NCBI GenBank assembly: GCA_963831855.1 | Contig: CAWHSA010000006.1 | Span: 225,843-289,842, forward strand | From: an uncultured Bacteroidales bacterium | GTDB taxonomy: Bacteria > Bacteroidota > Bacteroidia > Bacteroidales > VadinHA17 | DNA: 64,000 nt | Direction of reading: 5' to 3' | Shown here: positions 1-9,916 of the stretch, one piece after another | Numbering within the stretch: the stretch's first letter is position 1 | How the letters are laid out: the number at the start of each line of letters is the position of its first letter | Program-made: the position numbers and the translations under genes | Notes under the pieces: model-generated | What the model saw: the letters and a program-made list of their open reading frames with translations, nothing else | Told to the model about the DNA's origin: nothing | Database searches by the model: none

Positions 1-362
1 TTATCTGAAAAGTATCCGATAAAACTACATTTTTGAGGTAAAATACAACAAACTGAGTGAAGAAAATCCGGGATATGCTTTATCTTGTTAAGGCACTTGA
101 GATTAACCACGGTTCTGATATTTTTCAAATCATCAGCATCGTAGAAATAATGATGTTTGGAAGAGAGGACAATCATATCAGGGTCGCTTTTAAGACCTGA
201 CCATTTAATAAAATCTACCAGGTCATCACAATGTTCTCCGGTCAAATCATAATTAAGAGTTTTTACCTCATTTCTCTGTTCTGTTCTTTCCTCAAGATCA
301 ATAATCGCATTAGTAATTTGATTATTAAAGACAGTATGATCTTGTATAACAAGGTTTTCCAT
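1..362 (-). CDS. 5' part of a CDS that runs off the left edge (MENLVIQDHTVFNNQ...). It may be the N-terminal region of a Bacteroidota-type sugar transferase.
   Basis: Manual minus-strand translation from the ATG (complement of 360-362) stays open to position 1. It is absent from the ORF track because it has no stop in the window. The family guess rests only on remembered similarity of the stretch LSSKHHYFYDADDLKNIRTVVNLKCLNKIKH. Confidence 0.4.
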   Translation of the reverse strand, partial: MENLVIQDHTVFNNQITNAIIDLEERTEQRNEVKTLNYDLTGEHCDDLVDFIKWSGLKSDPDMIVLSSKHHYFYDADDLKNIRTVVNLKCLNKIKHIPDFLHSVCCILPQKCSFIGYFSD

Positions 363-747
363 CTGGCAGATGATTAATTTCAGAGATTTCCTGATCCGGA
401 ATTATTCCCGATGAACCAGCATCAAATTTATTTATAAGTTGATTAAGGCACATTAAGAGTAAATTAAGATTTGCTTAAGAATGGATTGATTTTGAGAAAG
501 GCCATGCTTCCGTATGTTATGACCTGATTAAAATGGCCACAATTATTTATTCAATAAGGGTCATAATACCGGAGGATGAAGGGAATATATATTAATTCAT
601 GTGCCTGTATTATCATTCTGAGCACATTCACGATCCCGACCTTTGTAACACCGGGTTTTCTTTTGAAGCACCTGCGGGAATTAAAAAAACAGGCAGTACA
701 GGGAAAGCTCGGTAAAACAGATCTTTCTGTTTTGTGTAAATTAATTT

Positions 748-3525
748 TTAGAAATCTGTGGAGGCATCGCCCCGGATCCGGAAATTGTATGATACCATGA
801 ATATCGGCTGTCCAAAGATCGACATCTGATAACCGTTAACAACCCCATTTTCAACTTTAAAAAATATAGAATATGGATTTTTCCTTCCCAGTGCATTATA
901 AACGGTAAATGTAAAAGATGAATGATTCAATTTTTTTGCTTTCAGGTTTCCGTTCACAGTTGCTGCAAAATCAAGTCTCAGATAATCAGGAATACGAAAC
1001 TCATTCCTGTCGGAATAAAAAATCCGGTTAACATTATAAAAGTTAAAATATGCCACCGGATAAGTAATAGGGCGTCCGGTATTATATATAAGATTGGTAG
1101 TAAAGTTAAGTCTTCTCATAAGTTTTACATTTGCAACAACTTTCAGATCATGAGGCTTATCAAAATTTGCCGGAAAGTATTTCCCGCCATTGATTTTTTC
1201 TTCTTCAAATGCACCGTTAACCTTAAGTAACGATCTTGAATAAGTATAACTGAACCATCCGGTAAGTTTCCCATATTGCTTTTTGATCATAAGCTCAATT
1301 CCATAAGCTTTCCCTTTTCCATAAAGAATATCAGTTTCAAGGTGCTCGTTCATGATAAGATCAGCTCCCCCTTTATAATCCAGGATATTATTAAGAAACT
1401 TATAATAAGTTTCAACAGATGCTTCAATGGCTTTTGAGCCGAAATTCCTGTATATTCCAAAAGAAATTTGATCACCCCGCTGGGGTCTTATATAATAATC
1501 ACTCAGCTTCCAGATATCAGTTGGCGACATTGAGGTAGTATTGGATATCATATTAAGATACTGAAAATTACGCTGGATACCTGCTTTTATAGACAAGTCT
1601 GGTGTAATTATAAACCGGGAAGAAATCCTGAATTCAATGCAAGGATAATACTGCAGCACACGTCCTTTGCCGTAGAAAATAGTATCATATATATTTTCGA
1701 CCGACTTTGTAACACCCTCATTATACAGGAAACGGGTTTTCGGGCCAAATGATGTGAAAAAGGTGAACCTCAAACCTGCCGAAAACAAGACCCTGGGAGA
1801 AAATTCAATTTCATCACTGAAATACAGTGAAGGTTCAATAGCCTGTTCTTTTTCAAGGGCTTTTGATTTAATCTCAGACAGGATTCCAACCGGATATCGG
1901 GTACCTGGCTGTAAGGAATATCTTGTCGCATCCAGACCAAAATCCAGTTTGTGTTTACTATTTGAAAGGTATGTAAAATCAGCTTTCAGTATAGCCTGGG
2001 AAAGGTTGTATCTTAATATGTTGAATGTGGAAGAATCCTGTTGAGATCTGATCTCATAGCTGTAACTGGTCAGTATACCGGCAAACTCAGAAAAGAATCT
2101 TTTATTATAAACATGGTGCCACTTAACTGTCGATGCAAGATTTGAGTAGTTAAATTCAAACTCCCTGTAATAATTGAAATTATCATGACTGGAATACCCC
2201 GAAACTGAAATCGAGTTTTTTTGGTCCGGGTTAAATGTCAGCATCCCCTGCAGGTCATAAAAGCCAGCACTGCTTTTTTGCAGCCTGCCATTTTTCATCA
2301 GCCCGAGCAACCAGTCAGAATATGTTGTCCTGGAGCTAAAGATAAATGAACCGGATTTTTTTAACAGAGGACCCTCAGCCATCAATCTGCCTGTTAAAGG
2401 ACTTATGCCGCCACCGACATTTATTTTTTCATGGCTTCCTTCCCTGAATGTAATATCCATTACTGATGAGATCCTGCCTCCGTATTTTGCAGGGATGCCG
2501 CTTTTATATAGAGTAACATCCTCAATAATATCAGAGTTTAACGCAGAAAAAAAGCCGAAAAAATGACTGGGGTTAATTACCGGAGCTCTGTCAAAAAGGA
2601 TCAGGTTCTGATCAATATTTCCACCCCTTATATTAAATCCGTTGGAGGCTTCTCCTACCGACTGAACTCCGGGAAGCAAAGTAGAACTTTTAATCAGATC
2701 CGGTTCACCCATCCCCAGCGGCATCTGTTTCAACATTTTAACATTGATTTTTTCAGTACCCATTTTTATATTACGAATATTGTTTTCCCTGTCGGCCGAT
2801 ACCGTAACTTCATTTAGCTGGCTTGTGTTCTCCATCATTCCGACATTGAGGGACCCGCTGGAATAGATTAAAATGTTCCTTCTTGTTGTTTTCATTCCTA
2901 TCATCCTGTATTCGACCTGGTACTGACCGGCTGGCAGTTCAAGTGAATAATACCCGACTTCATTGGTGACTGCACCGGCTTTAAGCTTTTCAATATATAC
3001 AATTGCTCCTGCTACAGGCTCTTCTGTATCACTGTCTTTAATGACACCTGTTAAAAATGCAATCCCTGATTTTTTTTGTGAAGAAGGATTCCCTATCCTG
3101 AATAGTTTATATTCTTCATTTATTGCAGGCAGTTCATTTATTGCCTGAACCTGGATATAATGAACAGGATCAGACCCGGAAATCCTGTCCTTAATATATT
3201 CACGAAATTCTTTACTGAAATTAGTCTTGATAAAGCCTTTTGACAGAATAAGCCGGTTTTCTTTTGTGATAAAAAATGAGAATCCCGTATTCTTCAGCGA
3301 TTTTTCAAATAATGTCGTTAATGTGTTATCTGCCAGACGTACATCGAGCCTGAAAGTATCAACCCATTTATCCGAATAATATATTTTTACCGGAAGAATC
3401 TTTTCGATTGTATCAGCAAGATCACTGAACAATATCTGATTAAACTGAAGTGATAATTTATTATCCTGGGTAAATAATTTACCGGTTAAAAAGAGAAACA
3501 GAATAATAAACGGGATCTTTTTCAT
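748..3525 (-). CDS. TonB-dependent outer-membrane receptor with an N-terminal STN-like region, a carboxypeptidase-regulatory-like domain, a plug and a beta-barrel
   Basis: 925-aa ORF with signal peptide MKKIPFIILFLFLTG. It has a CarboxypepD_reg-like stretch (GVIKDSDTEEPVAGAIVYIEKLKAGAVTNEVGYYSLELPAGQY) and a plug-like stretch (LLPGVQSV...GFNIRGG). The C-terminal half is long, beta-rich and aromatic-rich, and the protein ends in F. Confidence 0.85.
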   Translation of the reverse strand: MKKIPFIILFLFLTGKLFTQDNKLSLQFNQILFSDLADTIEKILPVKIYYSDKWVDTFRLDVRLADNTLTTLFEKSLKNTGFSFFITKENRLILSKGFIKTNFSKEFREYIKDRISGSDPVHYIQVQAINELPAINEEYKLFRIGNPSSQKKSGIAFLTGVIKDSDTEEPVAGAIVYIEKLKAGAVTNEVGYYSLELPAGQYQVEYRMIGMKTTRRNILIYSSGSLNVGMMENTSQLNEVTVSADRENNIRNIKMGTEKINVKMLKQMPLGMGEPDLIKSSTLLPGVQSVGEASNGFNIRGGNIDQNLILFDRAPVINPSHFFGFFSALNSDIIEDVTLYKSGIPAKYGGRISSVMDITFREGSHEKINVGGGISPLTGRLMAEGPLLKKSGSFIFSSRTTYSDWLLGLMKNGRLQKSSAGFYDLQGMLTFNPDQKNSISVSGYSSHDNFNYYREFEFNYSNLASTVKWHHVYNKRFFSEFAGILTSYSYEIRSQQDSSTFNILRYNLSQAILKADFTYLSNSKHKLDFGLDATRYSLQPGTRYPVGILSEIKSKALEKEQAIEPSLYFSDEIEFSPRVLFSAGLRFTFFTSFGPKTRFLYNEGVTKSVENIYDTIFYGKGRVLQYYPCIEFRISSRFIITPDLSIKAGIQRNFQYLNMISNTTSMSPTDIWKLSDYYIRPQRGDQISFGIYRNFGSKAIEASVETYYKFLNNILDYKGGADLIMNEHLETDILYGKGKAYGIELMIKKQYGKLTGWFSYTYSRSLLKVNGAFEEEKINGGKYFPANFDKPHDLKVVANVKLMRRLNFTTNLIYNTGRPITYPVAYFNFYNVNRIFYSDRNEFRIPDYLRLDFAATVNGNLKAKKLNHSSFTFTVYNALGRKNPYSIFFKVENGVVNGYQMSIFGQPIFMVSYNFRIRGDASTDF

Positions 3526-3538
3526 TGCGGGCCACTTT

Positions 3539-4378
3539 CTACCGGACAGGAGAATCGTAATACTTCAGGATTTCACAAATATCTTTCTTATCAGCCTTTC
3601 TGATTTTAATTTTCTTGCGCTGAATAAATTCTTTAATTTCTTCTGCCCGCTGTCCAAACATCAATATGAAATCCTTCGTATTCTTAAATTTCCCATATGT
3701 TCCCCCAATTAAAATATAACTCACTGGTGAATACGAGTATTCATTAATGGCATCCCTGATATACAGCGTTGACCTGTGTTTAATTATGTACCTTGAAGGC
3801 CCATCATATGCTAATTCATAGAAACCATCTTCAGGGTGATTTTTTGAATCATCCGGGAATCTCATATATGTGAAATTCAGAATCTCGCCATTATAATTAA
3901 TATTGAATTTATCTATAAGCTCCTTATTAAGGCACATTCTCGGGAAACCATAATCCATAAACCTGGAAGTATCCGTGTAAATAACCTCATCAATGAACGT
4001 ATCATACTGTAATTTTACATTAGAGTATTTACGGTTATTAAAAATCAGATCTGAACGAAAAACAGATCCGGAAAACAGGAGAGGAGTGGACTTTCCGGGG
4101 TAGGAATAGAAAATGTATTCTTTCCCGTTTATAATCTCATAAGGAGAGGCAACAGTCTTGAAATAAAGGTTTTTGATTGAATCTGAATTAAACCCTGCAG
4201 TTTGAACATCCCGGTCCCGGCCAGGTTGCGTGCCGGGATTAACCTTTAATTGATTTAAGATCTGTCCGGTTAAATTATTCTGAAGTAAAAATATCAGTGC
4301 AACAGTACCAAATAACTTCATTAAAAGATTATGGTGTTTATTTCTTATTTGCCGAAATAACAAATTTTTTATTACCAT
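3539..4378 (-). CDS. Hypothetical secreted protein
   Basis: 279-aa ORF immediately upstream of, and co-directional with, the TonB-dependent receptor. A hydrophobic N-terminus (MKLFGTVALIFLL) suggests the real start may be at 4321. I recognise no motif. Confidence 0.55.
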   Translation of the reverse strand: MVIKNLLFRQIRNKHHNLLMKLFGTVALIFLLQNNLTGQILNQLKVNPGTQPGRDRDVQTAGFNSDSIKNLYFKTVASPYEIINGKEYIFYSYPGKSTPLLFSGSVFRSDLIFNNRKYSNVKLQYDTFIDEVIYTDTSRFMDYGFPRMCLNKELIDKFNINYNGEILNFTYMRFPDDSKNHPEDGFYELAYDGPSRYIIKHRSTLYIRDAINEYSYSPVSYILIGGTYGKFKNTKDFILMFGQRAEEIKEFIQRKKIKIRKADKKDICEILKYYDSPVR

Positions 4379-4510
4379 ACCCCGTTTTATTCATTTTATT
4401 TTTTTGATATCTTATTCCGGTTTAAGGTGGCTGCTAATTATTATAAGTGTTATTTTTGTTTTCCATTTTTAATAGTTTTATTATGCATTGAATGCATTAT
4501 ATAATCGGAT

Positions 4511-5743
4511 ATGCTTAAATCTGGTCTGAAAATTCCATTTTTTATATTTTGCTTTCTGGCACTCAGCACGTGCATTGATTCATACAATACCCACCTGAGT
4601 AATTACCAGTCGCTTCTTGTCATAGAGGGATTGGTTTCTGATGAAAAAACACCTTATGAGGTCAGATTATCCAGGACATTTCAGTCATTGAATTCAACTC
4701 CGGAGAATATAAATGATGCAATGGTTTTTATTACTGATGAATCGGGTAATATGGCCACCTTTACTTGTTCGGGTGGCGGAATTTATAAAACTGACAGTGC
4801 ACTCTTCTCCGGTAAACCCGGTAAGACTTATACCCTCCATGTTGAAACCAGAGAGGGCAATAAGTATTTATCAGAACCTTGTTTCATGAGGCCTGCCCCG
4901 GATATTGATTCTGTATATTACACGAGAGATGAAAAAATCACTGATACTCAGGGTAATTTACAAACAGGGATAATGATTTATCTGGATTCAGATGAAGCCA
5001 CCGGCGCTGACAAATTCTTTCGCTGGGAATATGAGGAAACCTGGAAATTCAGGTTGCCAAATCCTAAAAAATATAATTATATCAGTGAAAATTTGATTGT
5101 TGATTTGAAGAACATAAGGGAATATTGCTGGAAGACAAATAAATCAAATGAAATACTTACAAGTTCAATTCTGCCTGGTGAGAAAGATTTTATTAGAAAA
5201 AAGCCTGTTTTATTTATTGCATCTGGTGAATCAGACAGGCTGACTATCCAGTACAGTATTCTTATAAAGCAATTTTCTATTTCCAGGAAAGAATTTTATT
5301 TCTGGAATAACCTCAGACAGGTTAATGAAATTGGCGGGGATATTTTTGATACACAACCTTATCCTGTGATCAGCAATATATATAATGTTGATAATCCGAA
5401 AGATAAGGTTCTCGGATATTTCAAAGTTTCTGCTGTTAAGAAGAAAAGAATATTTATAACCAGCCAGGAGCTGAAAGGATTGAGTCTGCCTCCGTTTGAT
5501 TATAATTGTGTAAAATTTGTTGTTTCCCCGGAAGATTATCCTCCTCCGCCTTATTCCCCGCCAATGACCTTCGATGAAGTATATAATATGTTTATAGCTG
5601 CCGGAGGCTATACATTTGTTGAGCCATTGTATAAGGATCGCACCACCGAACTTTTTAAGCTTGTTTTTGTACCCAATGAGTGCTCCGACTGTGCACTTGC
5701 AGGGAGCATAGTAAAACCTGATTTCTGGATTGACCTGCCATAG
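4511..5743 (+). CDS. DUF4249-like lipoprotein (the usual partner of CarboxypepD_reg-type TonB receptors)
   Basis: 410-aa ORF with a lipoprotein-type signal (FLALSTC). Its size, its context next to a CarboxypepD_reg TonB receptor and its overall sequence character resemble DUF4249 proteins as I remember them. This was not verified by search. Confidence 0.55.
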   Translation: MLKSGLKIPFFIFCFLALSTCIDSYNTHLSNYQSLLVIEGLVSDEKTPYEVRLSRTFQSLNSTPENINDAMVFITDESGNMATFTCSGGGIYKTDSALFSGKPGKTYTLHVETREGNKYLSEPCFMRPAPDIDSVYYTRDEKITDTQGNLQTGIMIYLDSDEATGADKFFRWEYEETWKFRLPNPKKYNYISENLIVDLKNIREYCWKTNKSNEILTSSILPGEKDFIRKKPVLFIASGESDRLTIQYSILIKQFSISRKEFYFWNNLRQVNEIGGDIFDTQPYPVISNIYNVDNPKDKVLGYFKVSAVKKKRIFITSQELKGLSLPPFDYNCVKFVVSPEDYPPPPYSPPMTFDEVYNMFIAAGGYTFVEPLYKDRTTELFKLVFVPNECSDCALAGSIVKPDFWIDLP

Positions 5744-5757
5744 ACCGGATTAATTAT

Positions 5758-7554
5758 ATGAAGATTATCATAATAAGTTTAAAGAGATTTTCCTTTTCAT
5801 TATTGGCTGCTTCAGTAAATCTGGCGATACTTGCACAAACCGTAAATGTCAAACCTCAGGATAATTTTGAATTCATCGAAGGGCTTTTAATTACAACTGA
5901 CCGTGAGATCTATATAACAGGGGAACAAGTGTGGCTGAAAATGTACGAAAGGAACAGGCTTACCGGGACACCTTCCGGTTTAAGTAAAATCATTTATGTC
6001 GAATTGCTGGATGGATCAAATGACCCTGTCACACAGCTTAAAGTCCGGGTTGAAGGATCATCTGGTTTTGGTGGATTCGTTCTGCCTGACACCCTGACTT
6101 CCGGTAAATATCTTATCCGTGCTTATACAAGATGGATGCTTAATTATCCCGAATCCCTCTTTTCATATAAAACCATATCGGTAATTAACCCTTATAAGAA
6201 TTTCAGGGGACTGATCAGGCCTGAAGGAACCAGGTCTGATATTCAGTATTCGTCAGATATAGAAGTAGATACAATTTCGGCCTGGTCTGATAAAAGTCAT
6301 TTGGACCTAAGTAAATTCTATATAAATGTTAAAAGTGATAAAACTGAATACGGGTGCAGGAGCAGGGTTAGGCTCGATATTTCTGTATCAGGTGCCGGAA
6401 TTGATAACCTCAATGCTGATATGTCCCTGTCAGTAGTAAAATCCTGCCTGTCTGATTCCTTAAAAGTGACATACGGGAATGCTTCTGTGAAGGATCTGTT
6501 AAAAACTTCCATCAGGAAAGATTCTTTAAAACTGCCCGAGCCGGAAGGTCAGATAATTAGCGGCACAATCAGGGATAAGGTTACAAATGAACCACTTGTT
6601 AATACAGACATCTCCTTTTCTGTTATCGGGAAATCTTCCATATGTCAGTTTGGAAAGACAAATTCCAAAGGAAAATTTATGTTTCTTCTTAAAAAAGTCT
6701 ATGGCATGAGTGATATTGTCATTAAGCCATTATACAATAATGATTCCGGTTGCTATGTCGAATTAGATCAACCGTTCTGCAATACTTATTCTGACTTAGC
6801 ATCTGAACCCCTTTATATCGACAGTGTTAAAGCAGGGGAGATAAATAATGCAATAATCAGCATGCAGGTTAATAATTTGTATGCATCCTCAGGGCAGGAA
6901 CAGGAGAAAAAGCAGACAACTGACATATTACCCGACTTCTATGATAACCCTGACCGCGCGGTATATCTTAAGGATTATATAGAACTTACAAATATCCGGG
7001 AGGTTGTAAAGGAAATTCTTCCGGAAGTAATGGTTAAAAGTAAAAACAATAATACCGGGCTTAAGGTATCTTATAACAATCCTTTTCAGAAATTTGAAAA
7101 TACTGCGCTAGTCCTGATAGATGGGGTTCCTGTATCCAATATCGGGAATCTCCTTGAATTACCTTCAAAGAATATGGAAAGAATAGATATTATTAATGTG
7201 AGATACTTTTATTTGGATTATATTTTTGAAGGGATTGTAAGCTTCGTAACAAAGAAGGGAAACCTCAGCGATCTTGAAAGTGATAACCTGGTTTTCAGAC
7301 AGGTTCTGGAGGGATGCCAGCAGCCTGAGGATTTTTGTTCACCTTCATACGATGCTGATTCTTTGAAAAACAATCATATTCCTGATTTTCGCAACACATT
7401 GTACTGGGATCCGGATATAAGAACAAACAGTTCCGGGGAAAAGAGTGTTGAATTTTATACTTCGGATGAACCCGGGGAATATATTATCATCGTCGAGGGA
7501 ATAACCTCAGACGGCAAGCTTTTATATACCAGGGGTCAATTCACAATAAAATAA
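5758..7554 (+). CDS. Hypothetical secreted protein with a CarboxypepD_reg-like segment and a plug-like segment but no barrel
   Basis: 598-aa ORF with a signal peptide. Internal segments are GTIRDKVTNEPLVNTDISFSVIGK...NSKGKFMF (regulatory-domain-like) and ALVLIDGVPVSNIGNLLELPSKNMERIDII (plug-like). Confidence 0.55.
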   Translation: MKIIIISLKRFSFSLLAASVNLAILAQTVNVKPQDNFEFIEGLLITTDREIYITGEQVWLKMYERNRLTGTPSGLSKIIYVELLDGSNDPVTQLKVRVEGSSGFGGFVLPDTLTSGKYLIRAYTRWMLNYPESLFSYKTISVINPYKNFRGLIRPEGTRSDIQYSSDIEVDTISAWSDKSHLDLSKFYINVKSDKTEYGCRSRVRLDISVSGAGIDNLNADMSLSVVKSCLSDSLKVTYGNASVKDLLKTSIRKDSLKLPEPEGQIISGTIRDKVTNEPLVNTDISFSVIGKSSICQFGKTNSKGKFMFLLKKVYGMSDIVIKPLYNNDSGCYVELDQPFCNTYSDLASEPLYIDSVKAGEINNAIISMQVNNLYASSGQEQEKKQTTDILPDFYDNPDRAVYLKDYIELTNIREVVKEILPEVMVKSKNNNTGLKVSYNNPFQKFENTALVLIDGVPVSNIGNLLELPSKNMERIDIINVRYFYLDYIFEGIVSFVTKKGNLSDLESDNLVFRQVLEGCQQPEDFCSPSYDADSLKNNHIPDFRNTLYWDPDIRTNSSGEKSVEFYTSDEPGEYIIIVEGITSDGKLLYTRGQFTIK

Positions 7555-7611
7555 TCACAGACCGGCTTTCTGTTTGACGGCTATCATACCGGAAGCTGCC
7601 TGGTACCTGTT

Positions 7612-8334
7612 CTAATCTGTGCCTTTCAGCCGGATAAGAATTACACCGTTTGCCCCCTGCAATCCATATACTGAAGCTGACGGACCTTTAAGCACTTCGA
7701 TTGATTTAACCATCGACGGATCAATTCCGCTTATGGAATTCACAGGTGTTCCATTAACTACATATAACGGAGCTGAAGATCCCGTTGTGCCGGTTCCTCT
7801 TATTGTTACACTGTTCCCTGATACCATTACGCCCGGAACAGTTCTGATCATCTCGTAAATAGAAGAAAAAGAAGCATATTCTTTACCGGTGACATCAGTT
7901 TTAGTTACAGGTTTTGTAATATTTTTTTTCCGGGAAACACTATAACCTTCGTTAACAACCTCATTATCAGAAATATCTGTACCGGCATTTTGTTGCCGGG
8001 GGACAAATTTGTCCAGGATAAAATTTATAGTTGTTCTTCCATTAATTGGTTCTTCTCCGGCTTCAGTAAAAGTTGTAAAAATGCCGATCTTCAGGGCCGA
8101 TGATTTAACATTAATTTTAAAAAATCCCTTATTGTCAGTTTTCCGGTCGGTACTTTTTCCATCAATCATTATAATAACCCCCGAAACCGGATTATTATAT
8201 AAGTCGGTAACTTTACCTGTTATGGCAATTTTCTTATTTGCTTTCTGAGCAGCCATATCAAAAAACAATGAAAAAAATATAAGTGTCAGTAAGAATAACC
8301 TGATTTTCATTTTAATAAGTTTATTTAATAACAT
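7612..8334 (-). CDS. Stand-alone CarboxypepD_reg plus TonB-plug domain protein (no beta-barrel)
   Basis: 240-aa ORF. Motifs are ITGKVTDLYNNPVSGVIIMIDGKSTDRKTDNKGFFKINV, then VPGVMVSGNSVTIRGTGTTGSSAPLYVVNGTPV...SIEVLKGPSASVYGLQGANGVILI. The likely true start is MKIRLFLL at 8310. Confidence 0.7.
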   Translation of the reverse strand: MLLNKLIKMKIRLFLLTLIFFSLFFDMAAQKANKKIAITGKVTDLYNNPVSGVIIMIDGKSTDRKTDNKGFFKINVKSSALKIGIFTTFTEAGEEPINGRTTINFILDKFVPRQQNAGTDISDNEVVNEGYSVSRKKNITKPVTKTDVTGKEYASFSSIYEMIRTVPGVMVSGNSVTIRGTGTTGSSAPLYVVNGTPVNSISGIDPSMVKSIEVLKGPSASVYGLQGANGVILIRLKGTD

Positions 8335-8465
8335 GCAATTTAAGAAGAATATACTCCGGATAAAAATCTTTTTATTTCAGACGCTCTTGCCAGTTTGGGT
8401 TGCAAGGTGCATCATTTTACCCGGATCAGCAGGGCTAATTATAAAAACAATAAAGCTCCCGGAGC

Positions 8466-9860
8466 TTATTTCCTACGGTCTAATATCAATACCCAATCAT
8501 TACCATCTGCTTTTTCACCCGGCGGATCAAAGGTTTTTATACCGTTGGCTTTGTAGTTACCAATAATAGTAAACAAACCATTACGAGGATTGTACCATGA
8601 GGCTTTAATTCTGTGTAAATGCATTTTCCCCAGGTTAATATTCATAGTATTACCGTTGCAGGTGTAAATGAAAGCGTAATCTCTGCCTTTTATGGCAGCC
8701 AGATAATCATACCTTTCCCCCTGGATGCCAGATATCAGATCCTGTGCCGGGGTTCTGTCAAAATAGGATCTTGACAGCATCAGCTGCTTAAGGTATTTCA
8801 TCTGAGATGCTCCAGGAGCATTTAAAGCCACATCCCAGTTGTCTTTCACACCATAGGAGGATTCTATATCATCTTCTTTATGAAATTGCATTACAGCATT
8901 GTTGCCGTAGGTAAATCCACAACCGCCTGCAAAAACCGACCAGTAAGCATATCGACGGACATCTGAATCAGTCCAGTATGGTTGTGATGGATCGTGAAGG
9001 CCCTGAGGAATACCCTCATAGGAAGGTTCGCCGTCCAGGGTTGGTTTTACAGGAATTTTAGCATAGTCATTGGCTGCATATTTCCAGTTATCCTCACCAT
9101 AACCAGGACCGATTGTGTCCTGATCGTACCTTCGATGACCTGACTGGAACATGTTAAAATCAAGCCAGGTTTCGTTATGAAACCATTCTGATGATTGAGT
9201 TCTGCCAAAAGGGTGAAAGGTAATAAGTTGCTCCGGGCAGATTTCCCGTATAGCCGATCCTATTGTATTCCATATTGCGGTTGAGTCACTGCCCTTTACA
9301 TCACCACCATTTAACCAAATAACATTTGACTTGTCTTTGTACCTTCCTGCTAACCATGCTGCATATTTTTTTGCCTTTTCCCTGGTTATGCTGCCATTCC
9401 TTACATTGGAGCCCCATAATGGTACAAGTGCCATATACAAACCTTTTTTCTGAGCCAGGGCGATGAGGTAGTCAACATGGTCCCAATAATCATATTGCAC
9501 TGGATTGTCTGCCGAATTTCCAGGCGTGGTATAAGGCCGTTCAACATCCTGGTCAAGCAGGGCAGAATCTCCATATACATTTACTGCTTTTTTAATATTT
9601 TGTATCACCATTACCTGAATCACATTAAATCCTTTTTGACGCCGGTCTTCAAAGTACTTTTCTGCATCTTCACGGCTTAGTTTCGTAAACAGCAGCCATC
9701 CTGTATCGCCAAGCCAGAAAAATGGTCCACCACTCTCTGTGACAAGAAACCTCTTGTTTTCCGATATCCGGAGATCAGGGCATAACTCTGTATTGGAAAC
9801 AGTATTACATGATAAAATCAGTAATAAATACAAAGAGGAGCAAGTCAACGTAGTACGCAT
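8466..9860 (-). CDS. Glycoside hydrolase family 140-like (DUF4038 / apiosidase-like)
   Basis: 464-aa ORF. Recognised stretches are GGPFFWLGDTGWLLF, RRQKGFNVIQVMV, KKGLYMALVPLWG and YKDKSNVIWLNGGD, which are characteristic of DUF4038/GH140 proteins. It has an N-terminal signal. Confidence 0.75.
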   Translation of the reverse strand: MRTTLTCSSLYLLLILSCNTVSNTELCPDLRISENKRFLVTESGGPFFWLGDTGWLLFTKLSREDAEKYFEDRRQKGFNVIQVMVIQNIKKAVNVYGDSALLDQDVERPYTTPGNSADNPVQYDYWDHVDYLIALAQKKGLYMALVPLWGSNVRNGSITREKAKKYAAWLAGRYKDKSNVIWLNGGDVKGSDSTAIWNTIGSAIREICPEQLITFHPFGRTQSSEWFHNETWLDFNMFQSGHRRYDQDTIGPGYGEDNWKYAANDYAKIPVKPTLDGEPSYEGIPQGLHDPSQPYWTDSDVRRYAYWSVFAGGCGFTYGNNAVMQFHKEDDIESSYGVKDNWDVALNAPGASQMKYLKQLMLSRSYFDRTPAQDLISGIQGERYDYLAAIKGRDYAFIYTCNGNTMNINLGKMHLHRIKASWYNPRNGLFTIIGNYKANGIKTFDPPGEKADGNDWVLILDRRK

Positions 9861-9916
9861 TGGAATTTAAAATTTAATGGTCATTTCCTCACCCGGCAAG
9901 CCGACCTTCTGTTTGT

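Noticed and set aside
576-800. 74-aa plus-strand ORF in the first intergenic region
   Set aside because: It overlaps the 3' end of the TonB-dependent receptor gene and has no promoter, motif or conservation cues. It is probably spurious.
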